From positions 139,347 through 203,346 of the forward strand of contig JAEDDP010000001.1 in NCBI GenBank assembly GCA_016297965.1: a stretch of 64,000 bases of DNA, given 5' to 3'. The DNA is from Alphaproteobacteria bacterium (GTDB lineage Bacteria; Pseudomonadota; Alphaproteobacteria; Rs-D84; CACZYB01). Below the pieces are notes generated by a model. It was not told the origin of the DNA. It ran no database searches and was given only the letters and a program-made list of their open reading frames with translations. This document shows positions 19,991 through 31,093 of this stretch, piece by piece. Each line of letters begins with the position of its first letter. The stretch's first letter is position 1. The position numbers were made by a program, and so were the translations under genes.

Positions 19991-21763
19991 TTACTTTATT
20001 CCCAACATTTCATTTAATGATTTAAGCATATCTTCAATGGTATTTTTGTTTTTAAAGCCATCCAAGTTATACTCAGTCATCTTTCTTGCACTTGTTTCCA
20101 ATGCACCAATTACTCCTTCATAATCAAATTCGCCTTCTGCTTTAACATCAGGGGTTCCATTGTAGTTGAATGTGTAATTAACGTTTTCATTTTCAACTTT
20201 TACGAATTCGGAGCAACTGTATTCTAAACTTTCGTTGTTTAGTTGGGCGATTACATTTTTATATTTTTCAATATCTTCGCTTGCCATCAAATTCATATCC
20301 CCTATATTTGGAATGGAGATTTTGTTGTCTGGTTTGCGTTTGAATTTTGCAATTGTGTTAAGGAGTTTATCCAAGTTGTTGTGTGCGCGTGTTAAATCAT
20401 CCCCCTTTATCTTTTTAATTGATGGAAGTTTATCAAGCATAGATAGGGCATTTTGTAGGGCAGAATGTACATCCTTAGTTATTTGGGCATTATCCGCTTT
20501 ACATTCATTTGGCGCAAGGGATGCAAGCAAAGTTTTTATATCATTTTCCATTTGTGAAAGTTCGGAATTTACGTTTTTCTTTTTGTCGGATTTTTCCTTA
20601 ATTACACCATAAATACCCTTGTCTTTAAGTTCCTGAGCTGCATTTGTGCCAAGTGCAACACCAACGGTGTTATTTACGGTAAAGTCAAACAAACCCTTTA
20701 ATGCACCTTTCTTTGAAATTTCCTTTTCAAGGGCAGAGCGATTGTCCACAAGAGTGAATGTTGTGTCTTCCATATCAACCTTGAAATTACGGCCACAGGC
20801 AGTTTCACCTTCGGTTACAAAGGTGTTGGCGATAGTAACAAGTTCACGTGGATAGGTTTGTGATTTTGTGTTAAGGTTTAAATCGGCAAGCTTTCCAATT
20901 TGACCGGAATAATTCCATGAATTATCACCAATGTTTGCAAAAAGGCTTGCGATTGTGGAGGAAAGTTTCTTTTTTCCCTGATACATTGAACCGGTATCCA
21001 AAACGCCGTCGCTGTTGATTGTGGCACCGGAAAGAAAAGTTTTTTCGTCGCTGTCGGACCAATCATCAATGCTGATAGTTTTGTATTTTTCAATGATTGC
21101 ATCGCGACCGCATTTTTTATCAATTCCGCGGTCAAGTTCGGTTATCTTGGAGGCATCAAACATAGCCTTAAATGCGCCGTCGGCAGAGCTGTTTTTTTCG
21201 GCCTGAATATACATAAAGCAATCTTGGGCGGCGGAATATTTCGCCTTTGCCATATTACAATTTTTACGTTCCCTTATTTGTTGTTCGGAATATAAATCCC
21301 AAAGGTTTTCAACCAATTCCTCCTGAAATGGAGAACAAAAATTCATAAGATCCTTTCCATTGCAATTTTTGCCGGAAATTTCGGATGTGATGGACGAAAG
21401 GTTTGGAAGTTCAAAGTTGAATGAAAGTTGAACCTTTACCTTGCTTTTACATGGATAGGTTTCACAATATTTTTTTAATCCTTCGGATACGGCGATGGCG
21501 CATTTTCGTTTTGCAAGAAGGTTTGTGGATGATGGAACCGTGCCACAGATAAGGTTTGCATCATTGGAAATTGTCGTTCCGGTTGTTGTGGTTGTTTGTC
21601 CGGTATAGCGAGAATTTGATGAACTTAATGTTCCGCGTACGGATGTTTTTGACATAGTGGCGGAACGTTTTGAACGGTTTGACCTTCTTGGTGCAGACGA
21701 AACATTGGTATCAAAAAATATACCAACGATTAAAAACAAAGATGTGAACCAAGTTTTTTTCAT
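19991..21763 (-). CDS. Secreted Cys-rich protein, paralog family member (RS-rich post-signal motif)
   Basis: Signal peptide then APRRSNRSKRSA motif; shared blocks with 24961-26457 (NLW..Y...NCN.A.A...A...C, T(E/Y)(F/Y)PR(D/E)L, ...EK(E/K)I..KG.L.G). Confidence 0.7.
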   Translation of the reverse strand: MKKTWFTSLFLIVGIFFDTNVSSAPRRSNRSKRSATMSKTSVRGTLSSSNSRYTGQTTTTTGTTISNDANLICGTVPSSTNLLAKRKCAIAVSEGLKKYCETYPCKSKVKVQLSFNFELPNLSSITSEISGKNCNGKDLMNFCSPFQEELVENLWDLYSEQQIRERKNCNMAKAKYSAAQDCFMYIQAEKNSSADGAFKAMFDASKITELDRGIDKKCGRDAIIEKYKTISIDDWSDSDEKTFLSGATINSDGVLDTGSMYQGKKKLSSTIASLFANIGDNSWNYSGQIGKLADLNLNTKSQTYPRELVTIANTFVTEGETACGRNFKVDMEDTTFTLVDNRSALEKEISKKGALKGLFDFTVNNTVGVALGTNAAQELKDKGIYGVIKEKSDKKKNVNSELSQMENDIKTLLASLAPNECKADNAQITKDVHSALQNALSMLDKLPSIKKIKGDDLTRAHNNLDKLLNTIAKFKRKPDNKISIPNIGDMNLMASEDIEKYKNVIAQLNNESLEYSCSEFVKVENENVNYTFNYNGTPDVKAEGEFDYEGVIGALETSARKMTEYNLDGFKNKNTIEDMLKSLNEMLGIK

Positions 21764-21808
21764 ACCTTTAATTATACTATAATTTTTAAGTTAATAAAAG
21801 CCCTTTTT

Positions 21809-22411
21809 TTAGAAATTGTTTATTTCCTTTAACGCCATTTTTATAAGGTCGTTCATTCCAATCATTGGGTTTTTGTTTATAAGGTTCATTACAACCTCAA
21901 AACTTTGCGATCTGGTATAGCCAAGGTTGGAAAGGGCGGAAATTGCATCTTCGGCGATGGAATCGTTTTTCATTTCCCGTGAAATGCCGGCAAGTTCAAG
22001 GTTTATGTTTGTTTTTTGAACCTTGTCCTTTAATTCCTGAACTATACGTTCGGCGGTCTTTTTCCCAATGCCATTTGCCGTTGTGAATGAAACGGCATCA
22101 CCGGATAAAATAGCGGTGGAAATTTGTTGTGGGGTAAGGGCGGAAAGTATGGCAAGTCCGGCCTTTGGTCCGATACCCTGTACCAAAGTCAAAAGGTTAA
22201 AAAATTCGTGTTCGGTTTGGGTGGCAAAACCGTAAAGTGTGATACTGTCTTCACGTACTATTGTTTCAATCCAAAGTGTAAGAGGAGTGTTTAAGGTTAG
22301 TTTTGATATTGTCTTTTGTGGCACAAATACACCATAGCCAACACCGTTCACATCAAGTATTATTTGTGTTTCCGAAAGTGTGTCAACAATGCCCTTTAAT
22401 TTTGAAATCAT
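21809..22411 (-). CDS. ruvA: Holliday junction DNA helicase subunit RuvA (no adjacent ruvB)
   Basis: 200 aa; N-terminal OB domain ILDVNGVGYGVFVP, HhH motifs LVQGIGPKAG, C-terminal domain III. Confidence 0.9.
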   Translation of the reverse strand: MISKLKGIVDTLSETQIILDVNGVGYGVFVPQKTISKLTLNTPLTLWIETIVREDSITLYGFATQTEHEFFNLLTLVQGIGPKAGLAILSALTPQQISTAILSGDAVSFTTANGIGKKTAERIVQELKDKVQKTNINLELAGISREMKNDSIAEDAISALSNLGYTRSQSFEVVMNLINKNPMIGMNDLIKMALKEINNF

Positions 22412-24852
22412 TACCAGTTTATCGCCTTTATTTTTCTTACCATATCATTATAATTGAATGGTGAAATTTTGGAGTTATTGTGAATACATCTCTTTCCAAC
22501 TCCTTCAACTTGTTGCCAATCATCAAGGTTAAAATTGTTATATTGTTTTGAAATATAATCATATTCTTTTACAAGTTCTTTCATCGTTGATTTTTCGTTG
22601 GATGAAATCTTTTCATAATAAGTTTGTTCCTTAAACTTGCTATTTGGTGTAGGTGATATTGAACAACCATACCAACTTTTTGGATTTGTATCGTGAGCGC
22701 ATTTTAATTGAAGTTTTTTGAATATTTCGCAGGCTCTATCCGCTAATTTTTTTAATTCATCAAGATCAGATTTATAATTACACTCTTCTAATTGTTGTTT
22801 TGCATTTTCATACGTTATTGTTTTCCAAACAAAGCTAGTATTTGAACATTGTTTCTTTAATGCATCAAAACAAGCCTTTTGCGCTTCATCGGTATTTAAA
22901 AATACACCTTTTAGTGAAATGCCAAGTTGTGTTTGACACATATTGATTTCTTTTTGAGCATCAATTATCGCATTTAATTTTGTAATGTTTGACTTTATAT
23001 CATCAATAGTTTTTTTGAAATTATCCTTTGTCAAAGTAGGTTTGTCAGATGTATCATTACACAAAGAATTTCTTTTTTCCTTAACTTCATTACATGCATG
23101 TGTATTTAAATATTTTTTTACCTGTGAAATTGAAACTTTGTTTAAAAGTTCACTCTCTTTTTTCATTAAGTCGTTATATTCACTGTAATCAATCCAATTA
23201 TCAACTTTGTTTTTACATTCGTTTGAATAATCATAATTGTCATTACCAGCGGTTGTTGTAAGTTTTAAAGTTTCCTTTATTCCCTTAGTATCTGCATATT
23301 TTTTACATAATTCAGTTTCTATTTTGGTTTTGCAATTTTGTGGATTTTTTCCAATATCAATGGATAATTTGTTGTTGGAGTAAATCTTTTTGGCACCAAC
23401 CAAATAATTGTTGCATTCTGCCAAATCCTTTTCATTTTGTATTGTATTTAAACATTCCTTTACAACCTCATTATTTTCAAGAGTTGTTTTATTTATTGAA
23501 AAATCATTTTTTAATGTTTCTATGTCTGAATCACAGAATTTTTCGGTTCGGCTTTTTGTTGTTATGTAATAATCAAGACTTTTTGTTCCGCTTTTATTTG
23601 GAATAGGAGATACACCGCTACATTTCTCTTGTATTGCTTCCAAAAGGACCAAATTTTTTAAGCAAGTTTCAAGTTTTTCTGCGGCTTTGTCCTGTGATAA
23701 TATTTCATAGCTTTTGCAACTTTTATCTGGTTCAAACATTAACTGTATTTTTGATACGGATTTTGCCAATTTTGCAACTCCATTTTCAAAAATTACACCA
23801 TATCCAGGGTTGTTTGAACTTGCACAAAATGCCTTTGTTGTTTCGTATAAATATTTATAGCCATCAGGACTGTTGTCTTTGAACTCTTTATTTTTAAATA
23901 AGTTTCGTATGTCTGTTGTTAATTTAGAACACTGAGCAAGTTTTTCTATAATACATTCTTTTTGCGTTAATTCATCTTGTTTCTTTTTACACATTTCTAA
24001 TGAAGTAAGTTTTTTAACATCTTCATTTTTACTTATTTTTTGTATTTCAGCTTTACAATCTTCAAGAGCTTTATTTGCTTCCTGTTGTGCCTGTTTTAGT
24101 TTTTCAATATTTTCTTCGGCTGTTGTGGTTTCCGTTGCAATTTTTTTCTTAAGGGCTTCAAGTTGATCATTGGATAGGTTTTCTATGGTTGAAACATCCA
24201 ATTTTACATCCCTTTGATCTGTATTATGTTGTTTAAGGTTTGGAACCTTTTGTTTATTTAATTCTTTGTTCAAATCATCAAAATTTTTTTCGGTGATTTG
24301 TTTTGTCGTTTCTGTTGTTTTGAATAAGTCAGGAATGGAAAGAAGTCCTGCTTCCTCATTAAGTATTTTTGCCAGTGTTCCAAGTCCCGCTTTGATATCG
24401 GCCATTAGACCTGTTTTTGTTTGTGACTCTATTGTATTTATTTTTTCCCGTAATTTTTGGAATATACGAAGTTCTTCATAAAATTCCTTTATTGTCTTAA
24501 AGGTGTCATGTGATGCCGTTTCCGCAATACTTCCAGTAAGTTTTTTTGTGGCTGGTGCCGTTGGAAAACCATTAGGGCAGTCCTTGGTAATGCCTTCTTC
24601 CTTGCAAAATTTAGAGCAATCGCCAGTATATTTTGCATTTTTACAATAGTTATTTTGTAAATCTTCTACTTCTTTAAGAAATGCGTTTGCCACACTGTTA
24701 AGGTTTGTTGCTGTATCAGATGGTATTTTAATTTCAAGGTTTCGTTCAATCCTTGTGTCAGAATCAGACTTTGCACCAGAATCAGAAACCATCCCTGCGT
24801 AAAGAGTAGGGGAAAAGAAAAGACAAAGTAGTGTAGCTATCACTTTTTTCAT
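22411..24852 (-). CDS. Large secreted Cys-rich, Lys-rich coiled-coil protein (hypothetical)
   Basis: Probable start MKKVIATLLCLFF signal peptide; ~40 Cys distributed in CxxC/CK pairs; stop overlaps the ruvA start codon. Confidence 0.6.
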   Translation of the reverse strand: MKKVIATLLCLFFSPTLYAGMVSDSGAKSDSDTRIERNLEIKIPSDTATNLNSVANAFLKEVEDLQNNYCKNAKYTGDCSKFCKEEGITKDCPNGFPTAPATKKLTGSIAETASHDTFKTIKEFYEELRIFQKLREKINTIESQTKTGLMADIKAGLGTLAKILNEEAGLLSIPDLFKTTETTKQITEKNFDDLNKELNKQKVPNLKQHNTDQRDVKLDVSTIENLSNDQLEALKKKIATETTTAEENIEKLKQAQQEANKALEDCKAEIQKISKNEDVKKLTSLEMCKKKQDELTQKECIIEKLAQCSKLTTDIRNLFKNKEFKDNSPDGYKYLYETTKAFCASSNNPGYGVIFENGVAKLAKSVSKIQLMFEPDKSCKSYEILSQDKAAEKLETCLKNLVLLEAIQEKCSGVSPIPNKSGTKSLDYYITTKSRTEKFCDSDIETLKNDFSINKTTLENNEVVKECLNTIQNEKDLAECNNYLVGAKKIYSNNKLSIDIGKNPQNCKTKIETELCKKYADTKGIKETLKLTTTAGNDNYDYSNECKNKVDNWIDYSEYNDLMKKESELLNKVSISQVKKYLNTHACNEVKEKRNSLCNDTSDKPTLTKDNFKKTIDDIKSNITKLNAIIDAQKEINMCQTQLGISLKGVFLNTDEAQKACFDALKKQCSNTSFVWKTITYENAKQQLEECNYKSDLDELKKLADRACEIFKKLQLKCAHDTNPKSWYGCSISPTPNSKFKEQTYYEKISSNEKSTMKELVKEYDYISKQYNNFNLDDWQQVEGVGKRCIHNNSKISPFNYNDMVRKIKAINW

Positions 24853-24960
24853 AATGTTTATTGTATCATTTTTTTTCGTGAAGGGCAAGACCTATTTATC
24901 GTTAGTATTAAAAAAAAGCCCCCAATGAATGAGGGCAATGTTTTAAAAAGTGAAAGTTTG

Positions 24961-26457
24961 TTATTCTTCGGAAGGTTCAGTTGGGGTTGCCGGTGTATCA
25001 CCAGAACCATCAAAGCTTGTATCTCCGGTGCCGTCGCCTTCTTCACTAGAATATGAAGAGGTAGAAGGATTTTCAGGTTCTTTTTCTTCGCCACCTGTTT
25101 CACCGGAAGATTTCTTTTCTTCCCTTAATTTTTTGGCTTCTTCACGTTTATTTTTTCTTTCTGTTGCCTTTTTCTCCTTTTCTTCGGCTTTTTTTGCCTT
25201 ATCTAATTCTTTTTTAACAGATTTTACTTCTTTGTTTAAAGCTTTATAATTTTCATTTAACTGATTAACCTTTTCAACAAAGTCAGGTTCGGTGCTTTCA
25301 GGAATGGCTTCCTTTTGAGCCTTTAATTCTTCTATCTTTTTGGTTAAATCACTTTTCTTTGTTTCATCGGTAATTTCGTTAATTGAGGTTGTTAATGTTT
25401 CTATATTACCGTCAAATTTGTTAAGCATATCTTTTGCAGATTTTATATCCTTTATTTGTTTATCTGCTTCACGTTCTTCTTTGGTCTTTCCGGCCATTGT
25501 GTCATTTGCCCAATTTGTACCCTTGAATGCGCCAATTTGGTCAACAATATATTCCTTTCCACCGGCAAGAAGTCCCTTTTCGTTAATCTTTCTTTCAATT
25601 GAGCTTGTCTTGTCAACAAGGGCGATGTTTGCATCGTAAAGTTCAGTGTAGTTTTTCTCGCCACACATCATATTACCCTCTGATTTAAGGGAGTTTACAA
25701 GTTGGATTAAATCACGTGGAAATTCGGTTGTTTTAAAATCAATTTTAAGGTCAAGAAGTCGTCCATAGGCCGCAAGGTTTGACCAACCGATATTTCCAAC
25801 CTTTGAAAAGTATGAAGTTAGACTGTCCCCAGTTTCGGAGTCGGAAATTTCTTCACCATTTGAAATTCTTTTATATTGTAATTGTATTGCGGATTTTCCA
25901 CATCTGCTGTTTAAATCACCACTTGAAATGACAACTTTTTCATTTTGGCTTGTCAAAACATAACGATAGCATTCTTCAGCAGCAAGTGAGCGGGCAAGGG
26001 CGATATTACAATTTTTTGTATCATTTGCGGCATAGCTGTCGTATGAATTCCAAAGGTTGTTTACCGCTTCTTCAATGAAATTTGCACAATAAATTTCATT
26101 TACCTCAGTTGTATCGGTTGGAAGAATTATCCCCGCATAGGCTTCGGTTGCATTTTTACATTTGTTGTTTCCACAATAGTTTTTAAGAGATTTAACAACC
26201 ATTGCAGTACAGTTTCGTTTTGCACTGGCATCGGTGATTGGGGCAACCTGTGTATAATCGGTTGTTCGTACGGTTGTGTCGGCAACGGTAGCATTTACGG
26301 ATGTTGTTGTACCGCTTACCTTTACATTACCACTAAGACTGCGACGAGATGAGGCAGAACGTGCGGAAGAACTGTTCCTTCTGGAATTTCTTGCGGCGTC
26401 TGCATTTTGATTGAAAAGTACAGCCAATCCCAATAATGCAATAAGTTTTTTAGTCAT
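24961..26457 (-). CDS. Secreted Cys-rich protein, paralog family member
   Basis: Signal peptide ADA-A then ARNSRRNSSSARSASSRRS; paralogous blocks with 19991-21763 and 26472-27977; acidic/K-rich low-complexity C-terminus. Confidence 0.7.
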   Translation of the reverse strand: MTKKLIALLGLAVLFNQNADAARNSRRNSSSARSASSRRSLSGNVKVSGTTTSVNATVADTTVRTTDYTQVAPITDASAKRNCTAMVVKSLKNYCGNNKCKNATEAYAGIILPTDTTEVNEIYCANFIEEAVNNLWNSYDSYAANDTKNCNIALARSLAAEECYRYVLTSQNEKVVISSGDLNSRCGKSAIQLQYKRISNGEEISDSETGDSLTSYFSKVGNIGWSNLAAYGRLLDLKIDFKTTEFPRDLIQLVNSLKSEGNMMCGEKNYTELYDANIALVDKTSSIERKINEKGLLAGGKEYIVDQIGAFKGTNWANDTMAGKTKEEREADKQIKDIKSAKDMLNKFDGNIETLTTSINEITDETKKSDLTKKIEELKAQKEAIPESTEPDFVEKVNQLNENYKALNKEVKSVKKELDKAKKAEEKEKKATERKNKREEAKKLREEKKSSGETGGEEKEPENPSTSSYSSEEGDGTGDTSFDGSGDTPATPTEPSEE

Positions 26458-26471
26458 AATTTTTTCTCCTT

Positions 26472-27977
26472 TTAATCATCCAAAGTTGTAAATTCTGTTT
26501 GGTTTAGTTCCTTATTTTCTTCCCTTCCAAGCATCTTTTTAAGGGCAGTTTTTGAAAGGTTTACGTTTTCATTTTCCATATCGTAATCAATTGTTTTATA
26601 TTCAATGGTTGCATTTTCACCAACACCGGTTTTGCGAACCTCAATTATACGATATTGTTTTTTCTCGCTTTCCTCAGGTGTGAGAAGAAGGTATTTCCCG
26701 GTTTTAAGTTCAGATTTCTTTTCCTTTAATGTACTATCGGAAATATCACCGCTTAGTGTAAGTACGGCAATGCTTGTATCCGTATTAACATCTTCATCTT
26801 TTACACCACCAATGATACCTTCACGGGAAAGCTTATTCATACGGTTTTCACCAACGATAACAGATGCCTGGTTAAAGGTCCAGGTTTGTGCGCCCTTTAA
26901 TCCACCCTGTTCATCAATTGCCCGAGCAAGAGATGACTTTTCACGGGAAACCTGAATATCGGTTTGATGCATTGTTGCGGTATATTCGGAACCGCAGGCA
27001 GGTCCAACTTCGTTTAGGTGAGTGTTTAGAATTTGGGTTATTTTTACCTCCCAATCGTTGGATTTGTCAGTAATTTTTCCATCCAAATAATTACTTACAA
27101 CTTCAATTCCATCGGCAGGGCTTAATTTTCCGGCATTTATATATAGTCGTGGAATGTCGGTTGGGAAAATTATACCCTTTTGTTCCTCATCCCCAAAGAG
27201 TTTGGTCCATTTTGCTTGGAGACCAGCAATTCCGCAAAGGCTGTTTAACTTGCTTTCAATAGAATCAACCGCACCGGTTGCACGTCCGGCGGAAAGTACG
27301 GCCTGAAAACATTCGTTTGATGCCTCCGCCACAACACGTTTAAGTTTGCAATTTGGTGAATTTGCACCGGTTATTTGGTAATCATCGGCAATGCTTTTTG
27401 TTAAATCCTCAGTAAACATATAGCAAGCCTTATCATACTCATACGCCTGACCTTCAATATATACGGTAATGCCAGAAGTATCAAAGTTTATGAAAAGGTC
27501 GTTTGCATCATAACATTTAAGTTTACCATCTTCGCCAATGCCGTTGTTGAAATAAGATTCATCACAGGCATTTTGAATTGCATTTATAAGGGCATTTCCA
27601 CAAGCCTTTCTTTGTGAAACGGCAAAAGAATCACTCTTTTTAATACATTCATTCGTGTTTGATGCATTTATTATATAATTTGTTTCATCAACACATTCGC
27701 ATGCGGTTCCGGCGGAATTTTTTCTGGCATTTGCACCACATTTAAGGAAAGCAGTTGTTTTTTTACCGATACATGCCGGATCGCCAGGTTTTGCACACTT
27801 TATTGTCTTTATTCCGGATGTTGTATTTTTAAGTCCGGTGGAAGTTTGTGCGTTCGTTGCGGAATAAATTGAACGGGCGGATCTTCGGTTTGTACGTGCA
27901 GAATAAACATCACTACCAATTAGAAGTAATGGTAGAGCCATAATTTTTATATAAAAGTTTTTGTTCATTTTTTTCAT
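26472..27977 (-). CDS. Secreted Cys-rich protein, paralog family member
   Basis: Signal peptide then SARTNRRSARS motif; shares the ACG...SLARAIDEQGGLKG block with the other family members. Confidence 0.65.
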   Translation of the reverse strand: MKKMNKNFYIKIMALPLLLIGSDVYSARTNRRSARSIYSATNAQTSTGLKNTTSGIKTIKCAKPGDPACIGKKTTAFLKCGANARKNSAGTACECVDETNYIINASNTNECIKKSDSFAVSQRKACGNALINAIQNACDESYFNNGIGEDGKLKCYDANDLFINFDTSGITVYIEGQAYEYDKACYMFTEDLTKSIADDYQITGANSPNCKLKRVVAEASNECFQAVLSAGRATGAVDSIESKLNSLCGIAGLQAKWTKLFGDEEQKGIIFPTDIPRLYINAGKLSPADGIEVVSNYLDGKITDKSNDWEVKITQILNTHLNEVGPACGSEYTATMHQTDIQVSREKSSLARAIDEQGGLKGAQTWTFNQASVIVGENRMNKLSREGIIGGVKDEDVNTDTSIAVLTLSGDISDSTLKEKKSELKTGKYLLLTPEESEKKQYRIIEVRKTGVGENATIEYKTIDYDMENENVNLSKTALKKMLGREENKELNQTEFTTLDD

Positions 27978-28145
27978 ACTTTTATCCTGATATTTTCCAT
28001 TATACCTTTTTTTTAACCCTTAATCAATAAAATAATTATTTTTTCATTTTTTGAATAAAAGCTTGAAAAATTGTAAAAATAAGTATAAATTGTAGATAAT
28101 TTTTTTAATAATTGTGGATTTATCCATTATTTATAGGAGTTTATT

Positions 28146-28757
28146 ATGGTTGGAAAAATTTTAATGCCAAAGGCAACAGCAGTGTGGTTGATTGATAATA
28201 CCGCTTTGACTTTTGAACAAATTGCAGATTTTTGTGGTATGCATGTTCTTGAAGTGCAGGCTTTGGCTGATAGGGAACAAACTGATTATGTTGTTGGTTC
28301 AAGTCCGATTTTGAATGGAATGCTTTCAAAGGAAGATATTGAAAAGTGTGAAGCAGATCCAAATGCAAAACTTACCCTTAGCAAGAATTCAGAGGAGTTT
28401 TTGAAGAAAAGCCGTGAGGTTAAATCAAGATATACTCCTATGGCACACAGACAAAATCGTCCGGATGCAATTGCATGGATTTTGAAAAATCATCCAAATA
28501 TTTCTGATGCACAAATTTGTAAGTTGGTAAGAACAACTAAGGCAACAATTGAAGCTATTCGCGACAGAACACATAAGGCGATTGCGGATATTCAACCAAG
28601 AAATCCAGTATTACTTGGTATTTGTTCTGAATTTGATTTAACAAAAGCTATTGTTGATGCCAATAAAAAGGCTGAGGTTGCACAAAAAAGAGCCGAAGCT
28701 GTGGCAAAGAAAGTTGCCGAAAAGACGGCAGACGAAGAATTTGTTGAAGAAAAATAG
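28146..28757 (+). CDS. Conserved hypothetical protein (DUF1013-like, alphaproteobacterial; recalled as often near rpoD)
   Basis: 203 aa, helical, with a basic N-terminus and an Ala/Lys/Glu-rich C-terminus; family assignment is from memory only. Confidence 0.4.
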   Translation: MVGKILMPKATAVWLIDNTALTFEQIADFCGMHVLEVQALADREQTDYVVGSSPILNGMLSKEDIEKCEADPNAKLTLSKNSEEFLKKSREVKSRYTPMAHRQNRPDAIAWILKNHPNISDAQICKLVRTTKATIEAIRDRTHKAIADIQPRNPVLLGICSEFDLTKAIVDANKKAEVAQKRAEAVAKKVAEKTADEEFVEEK

Positions 28758-28842
28758 ACGTTTTTTGCTAAAATAAATTGACTTTTGTCATAAAAAGTTT
28801 TAGAAAGAACATTGAAATATATTTCCCGTTAACCTTTAAATT

Positions 28843-30999
28843 GTGGTGTTAATAGTGTTCTTTAAAAGAAAATCAATAGAAAATCAAAATAATGTTGCTT
28901 CCAAGGATATAGAAGTTAAAGAAGAAAAGTTGGAGGCAACTTCTTCTGTATTGTCTGAGCCAACTGATGATGTAGCATCAGATTTTTTAATTTCTGGGTT
29001 ATCAGATAATCTTAAAAAACTTATAAAAAAGGCACGGAAAAGAGGTTTTGTTTCCCGTGCAATGGTGGAGCAGGCGTCCGAACTTGATGGATTGTCGGCG
29101 GAGGAGGCAGAAGATGCCCTTATCCGTATTTCCGAAATTGGGGTGAATGTTCGTGAAGAATATGACGAAGGGGATGAACTTTCCCTTGACGATGATGAAG
29201 AATTGGATGAAGACGAAGATTTTGAAGAAGATGATGCCGATGAATTGGAATGTAAAACTTCGTCTGATGATGACAGACTTTATGGTGTAAGCAAGTTAAC
29301 AATTGAGCATAACCCTGCGATGAAGGAGTTTTTGTCTTCACATCAGGGGGATGATGACGAAATTAAATTCGTTGAAAGTAGGAGTAGTGATCCAGTAAGA
29401 AATTACCTTCGCACAATGGGTTCCATTGAACTTTTTTCACGTGCCGGTGAAATTGCAATTGCAAAGCGAATTGAAGCTGGACGAAAGCTTATGATTGAAG
29501 GACTTTGCGACAGCCCGATGACCGTTAAAAAAATTCTTGGCTGGTATAACAGCCTTGTAAAGGAAGAAATGCAACTTCGCGATATTATCAATCTTGATTT
29601 GATGTATGGTGATGTGTTTATGGATAAGGAAACCGTTGATGAGGAAGATCTTGAAGAAGAGGAAAATTCTTCTGGTGATGCCTTTGATGATTTGGATGAT
29701 GAAAACCTTGACGAAGCAGAATTGTATGAAGATAGTTCACAGGTTCCAGTTAATGCGATGGAAGAATCACTTCGTCCAACGGTTATTGAAACATTTGAAA
29801 ATATTAAAAAGATTTATGCAAAGCTTAGCCGTCTTGAAGATAAGCAAAGTGCAGATAAAACAAAGGTTGATTTGGCAACATTTAAGTCAAAGCATTCAAA
29901 ACTTTATTCCGAACTTGTTTCCTATATGGCGACAATAAAGCTTAATGACGCAAGGATTACAGAACTTCTTGATGAAATGACAGACAAGAACAGAAAGCTT
30001 TTGTCATTGGAAGGACGTCTTTTAAGACTTGCCGAAAATTCAAGAATTAAAAGGGAAGATTTCCTTGAAAAATACAATGCGACTGGTTTAACCGATGCCT
30101 GGATAAAAAAAGTTTCAAAAATTTCATCAAAGGATTGGAAACGTTTTACAACTGTGCATATTGATGAAATTAACCGTATTAAGGGTGAAATGCAGTTGAT
30201 TGAAGATGAAACTGGTCTTCCATTAAAAGAATATAAAACCGTGGTTGAAGTTGTTCGTAAGGGTGAACGGTTTGAATCCACCGCAAAGAAGGAAATGATT
30301 GAGGCGAATCTTCGTTTGGTTATTTCTATTGCAAAGAAGTATACGAATCGTGGACTTCAATTCCTTGATTTGGTTCAGGAAGGTAATATTGGTTTGATGA
30401 AGGCGGTTGATAAGTTTGAATATCGTCGTGGGTATAAATTTTCTACTTATGCAACATGGTGGATAAGACAGGCTATTACTCGTTCTATTGCAGACCAGGC
30501 AAGAACTATACGTATACCGGTACATATGATTGAAACAATTACAAAGTTGAAAAAAACATCACGTGTAATGATGCAGGATATGGGTCGTGAACCAACACCA
30601 GAAGAATTGGCAAAGAAAATTGGGATGCCAATTGATAGGGTAAGAAAGGTTTTACGTATTGCAAAGTCCCCAATTTCATTGGAAACACCGGTTGGTGATG
30701 ATGAAGATAGTTCATTCAGAGATTTCCTTGAAGATAAGAATGTGGTTAAACCTCTTGATGCGGTTGTTAACAGCAACCTTCGTGAAATTACATCACAGGT
30801 TCTTTCAACACTTACCCCAAGGGAAGAAAGAGTTTTAAGAATGCGTTTTGGTATTGGTATGAATAGCGATCATACATTGGAGGAGGTTGGTAAACAATTT
30901 TCCGTTACCCGTGAACGTATTCGTCAGATTGAGGCAAAGGCCCTTCGCAAATTAAAGCATCCGACGAGGGCAAAAAAGCTTAAAACTTTTGTTGAATAA
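28843..30999 (+). CDS. rpoD: RNA polymerase primary sigma factor RpoD (sigma-70) with a long acidic non-conserved region; start uncertain (GTG)
   Basis: Region 1.2-2.4 ([41 protein letters not shown]), region 3 and region 4.2 ([28 protein letters not shown]); large D/E-rich insert typical of alphaproteobacterial RpoD. Confidence 0.9.
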   Translation: MVLIVFFKRKSIENQNNVASKDIEVKEEKLEATSSVLSEPTDDVASDFLISGLSDNLKKLIKKARKRGFVSRAMVEQASELDGLSAEEAEDALIRISEIGVNVREEYDEGDELSLDDDEELDEDEDFEEDDADELECKTSSDDDRLYGVSKLTIEHNPAMKEFLSSHQGDDDEIKFVESRSSDPVRNYLRTMGSIELFSRAGEIAIAKRIEAGRKLMIEGLCDSPMTVKKILGWYNSLVKEEMQLRDIINLDLMYGDVFMDKETVDEEDLEEEENSSGDAFDDLDDENLDEAELYEDSSQVPVNAMEESLRPTVIETFENIKKIYAKLSRLEDKQSADKTKVDLATFKSKHSKLYSELVSYMATIKLNDARITELLDEMTDKNRKLLSLEGRLLRLAENSRIKREDFLEKYNATGLTDAWIKKVSKISSKDWKRFTTVHIDEINRIKGEMQLIEDETGLPLKEYKTVVEVVRKGERFESTAKKEMIEANLRLVISIAKKYTNRGLQFLDLVQEGNIGLMKAVDKFEYRRGYKFSTYATWWIRQAITRSIADQARTIRIPVHMIETITKLKKTSRVMMQDMGREPTPEELAKKIGMPIDRVRKVLRIAKSPISLETPVGDDEDSSFRDFLEDKNVVKPLDAVVNSNLREITSQVLSTLTPREERVLRMRFGIGMNSDHTLEEVGKQFSVTRERIRQIEAKALRKLKHPTRAKKLKTFVE

Positions 31000-31002
31000 A
31001 TT

Positions 31003-31035
31003 AAAAGCCTCCCACCATGGAGGTTTTTTAATATT
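31003..31035 (+). terminator. Intrinsic terminator after rpoD
   Basis: aaaagcctcccaccatggaggtttttt. Confidence 0.7.
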
Positions 31036-31093
31036 TACTTGACTTTTAATACAAAAATATTATTATGTCTAAATAATTTAATTAGGAGTTAAA

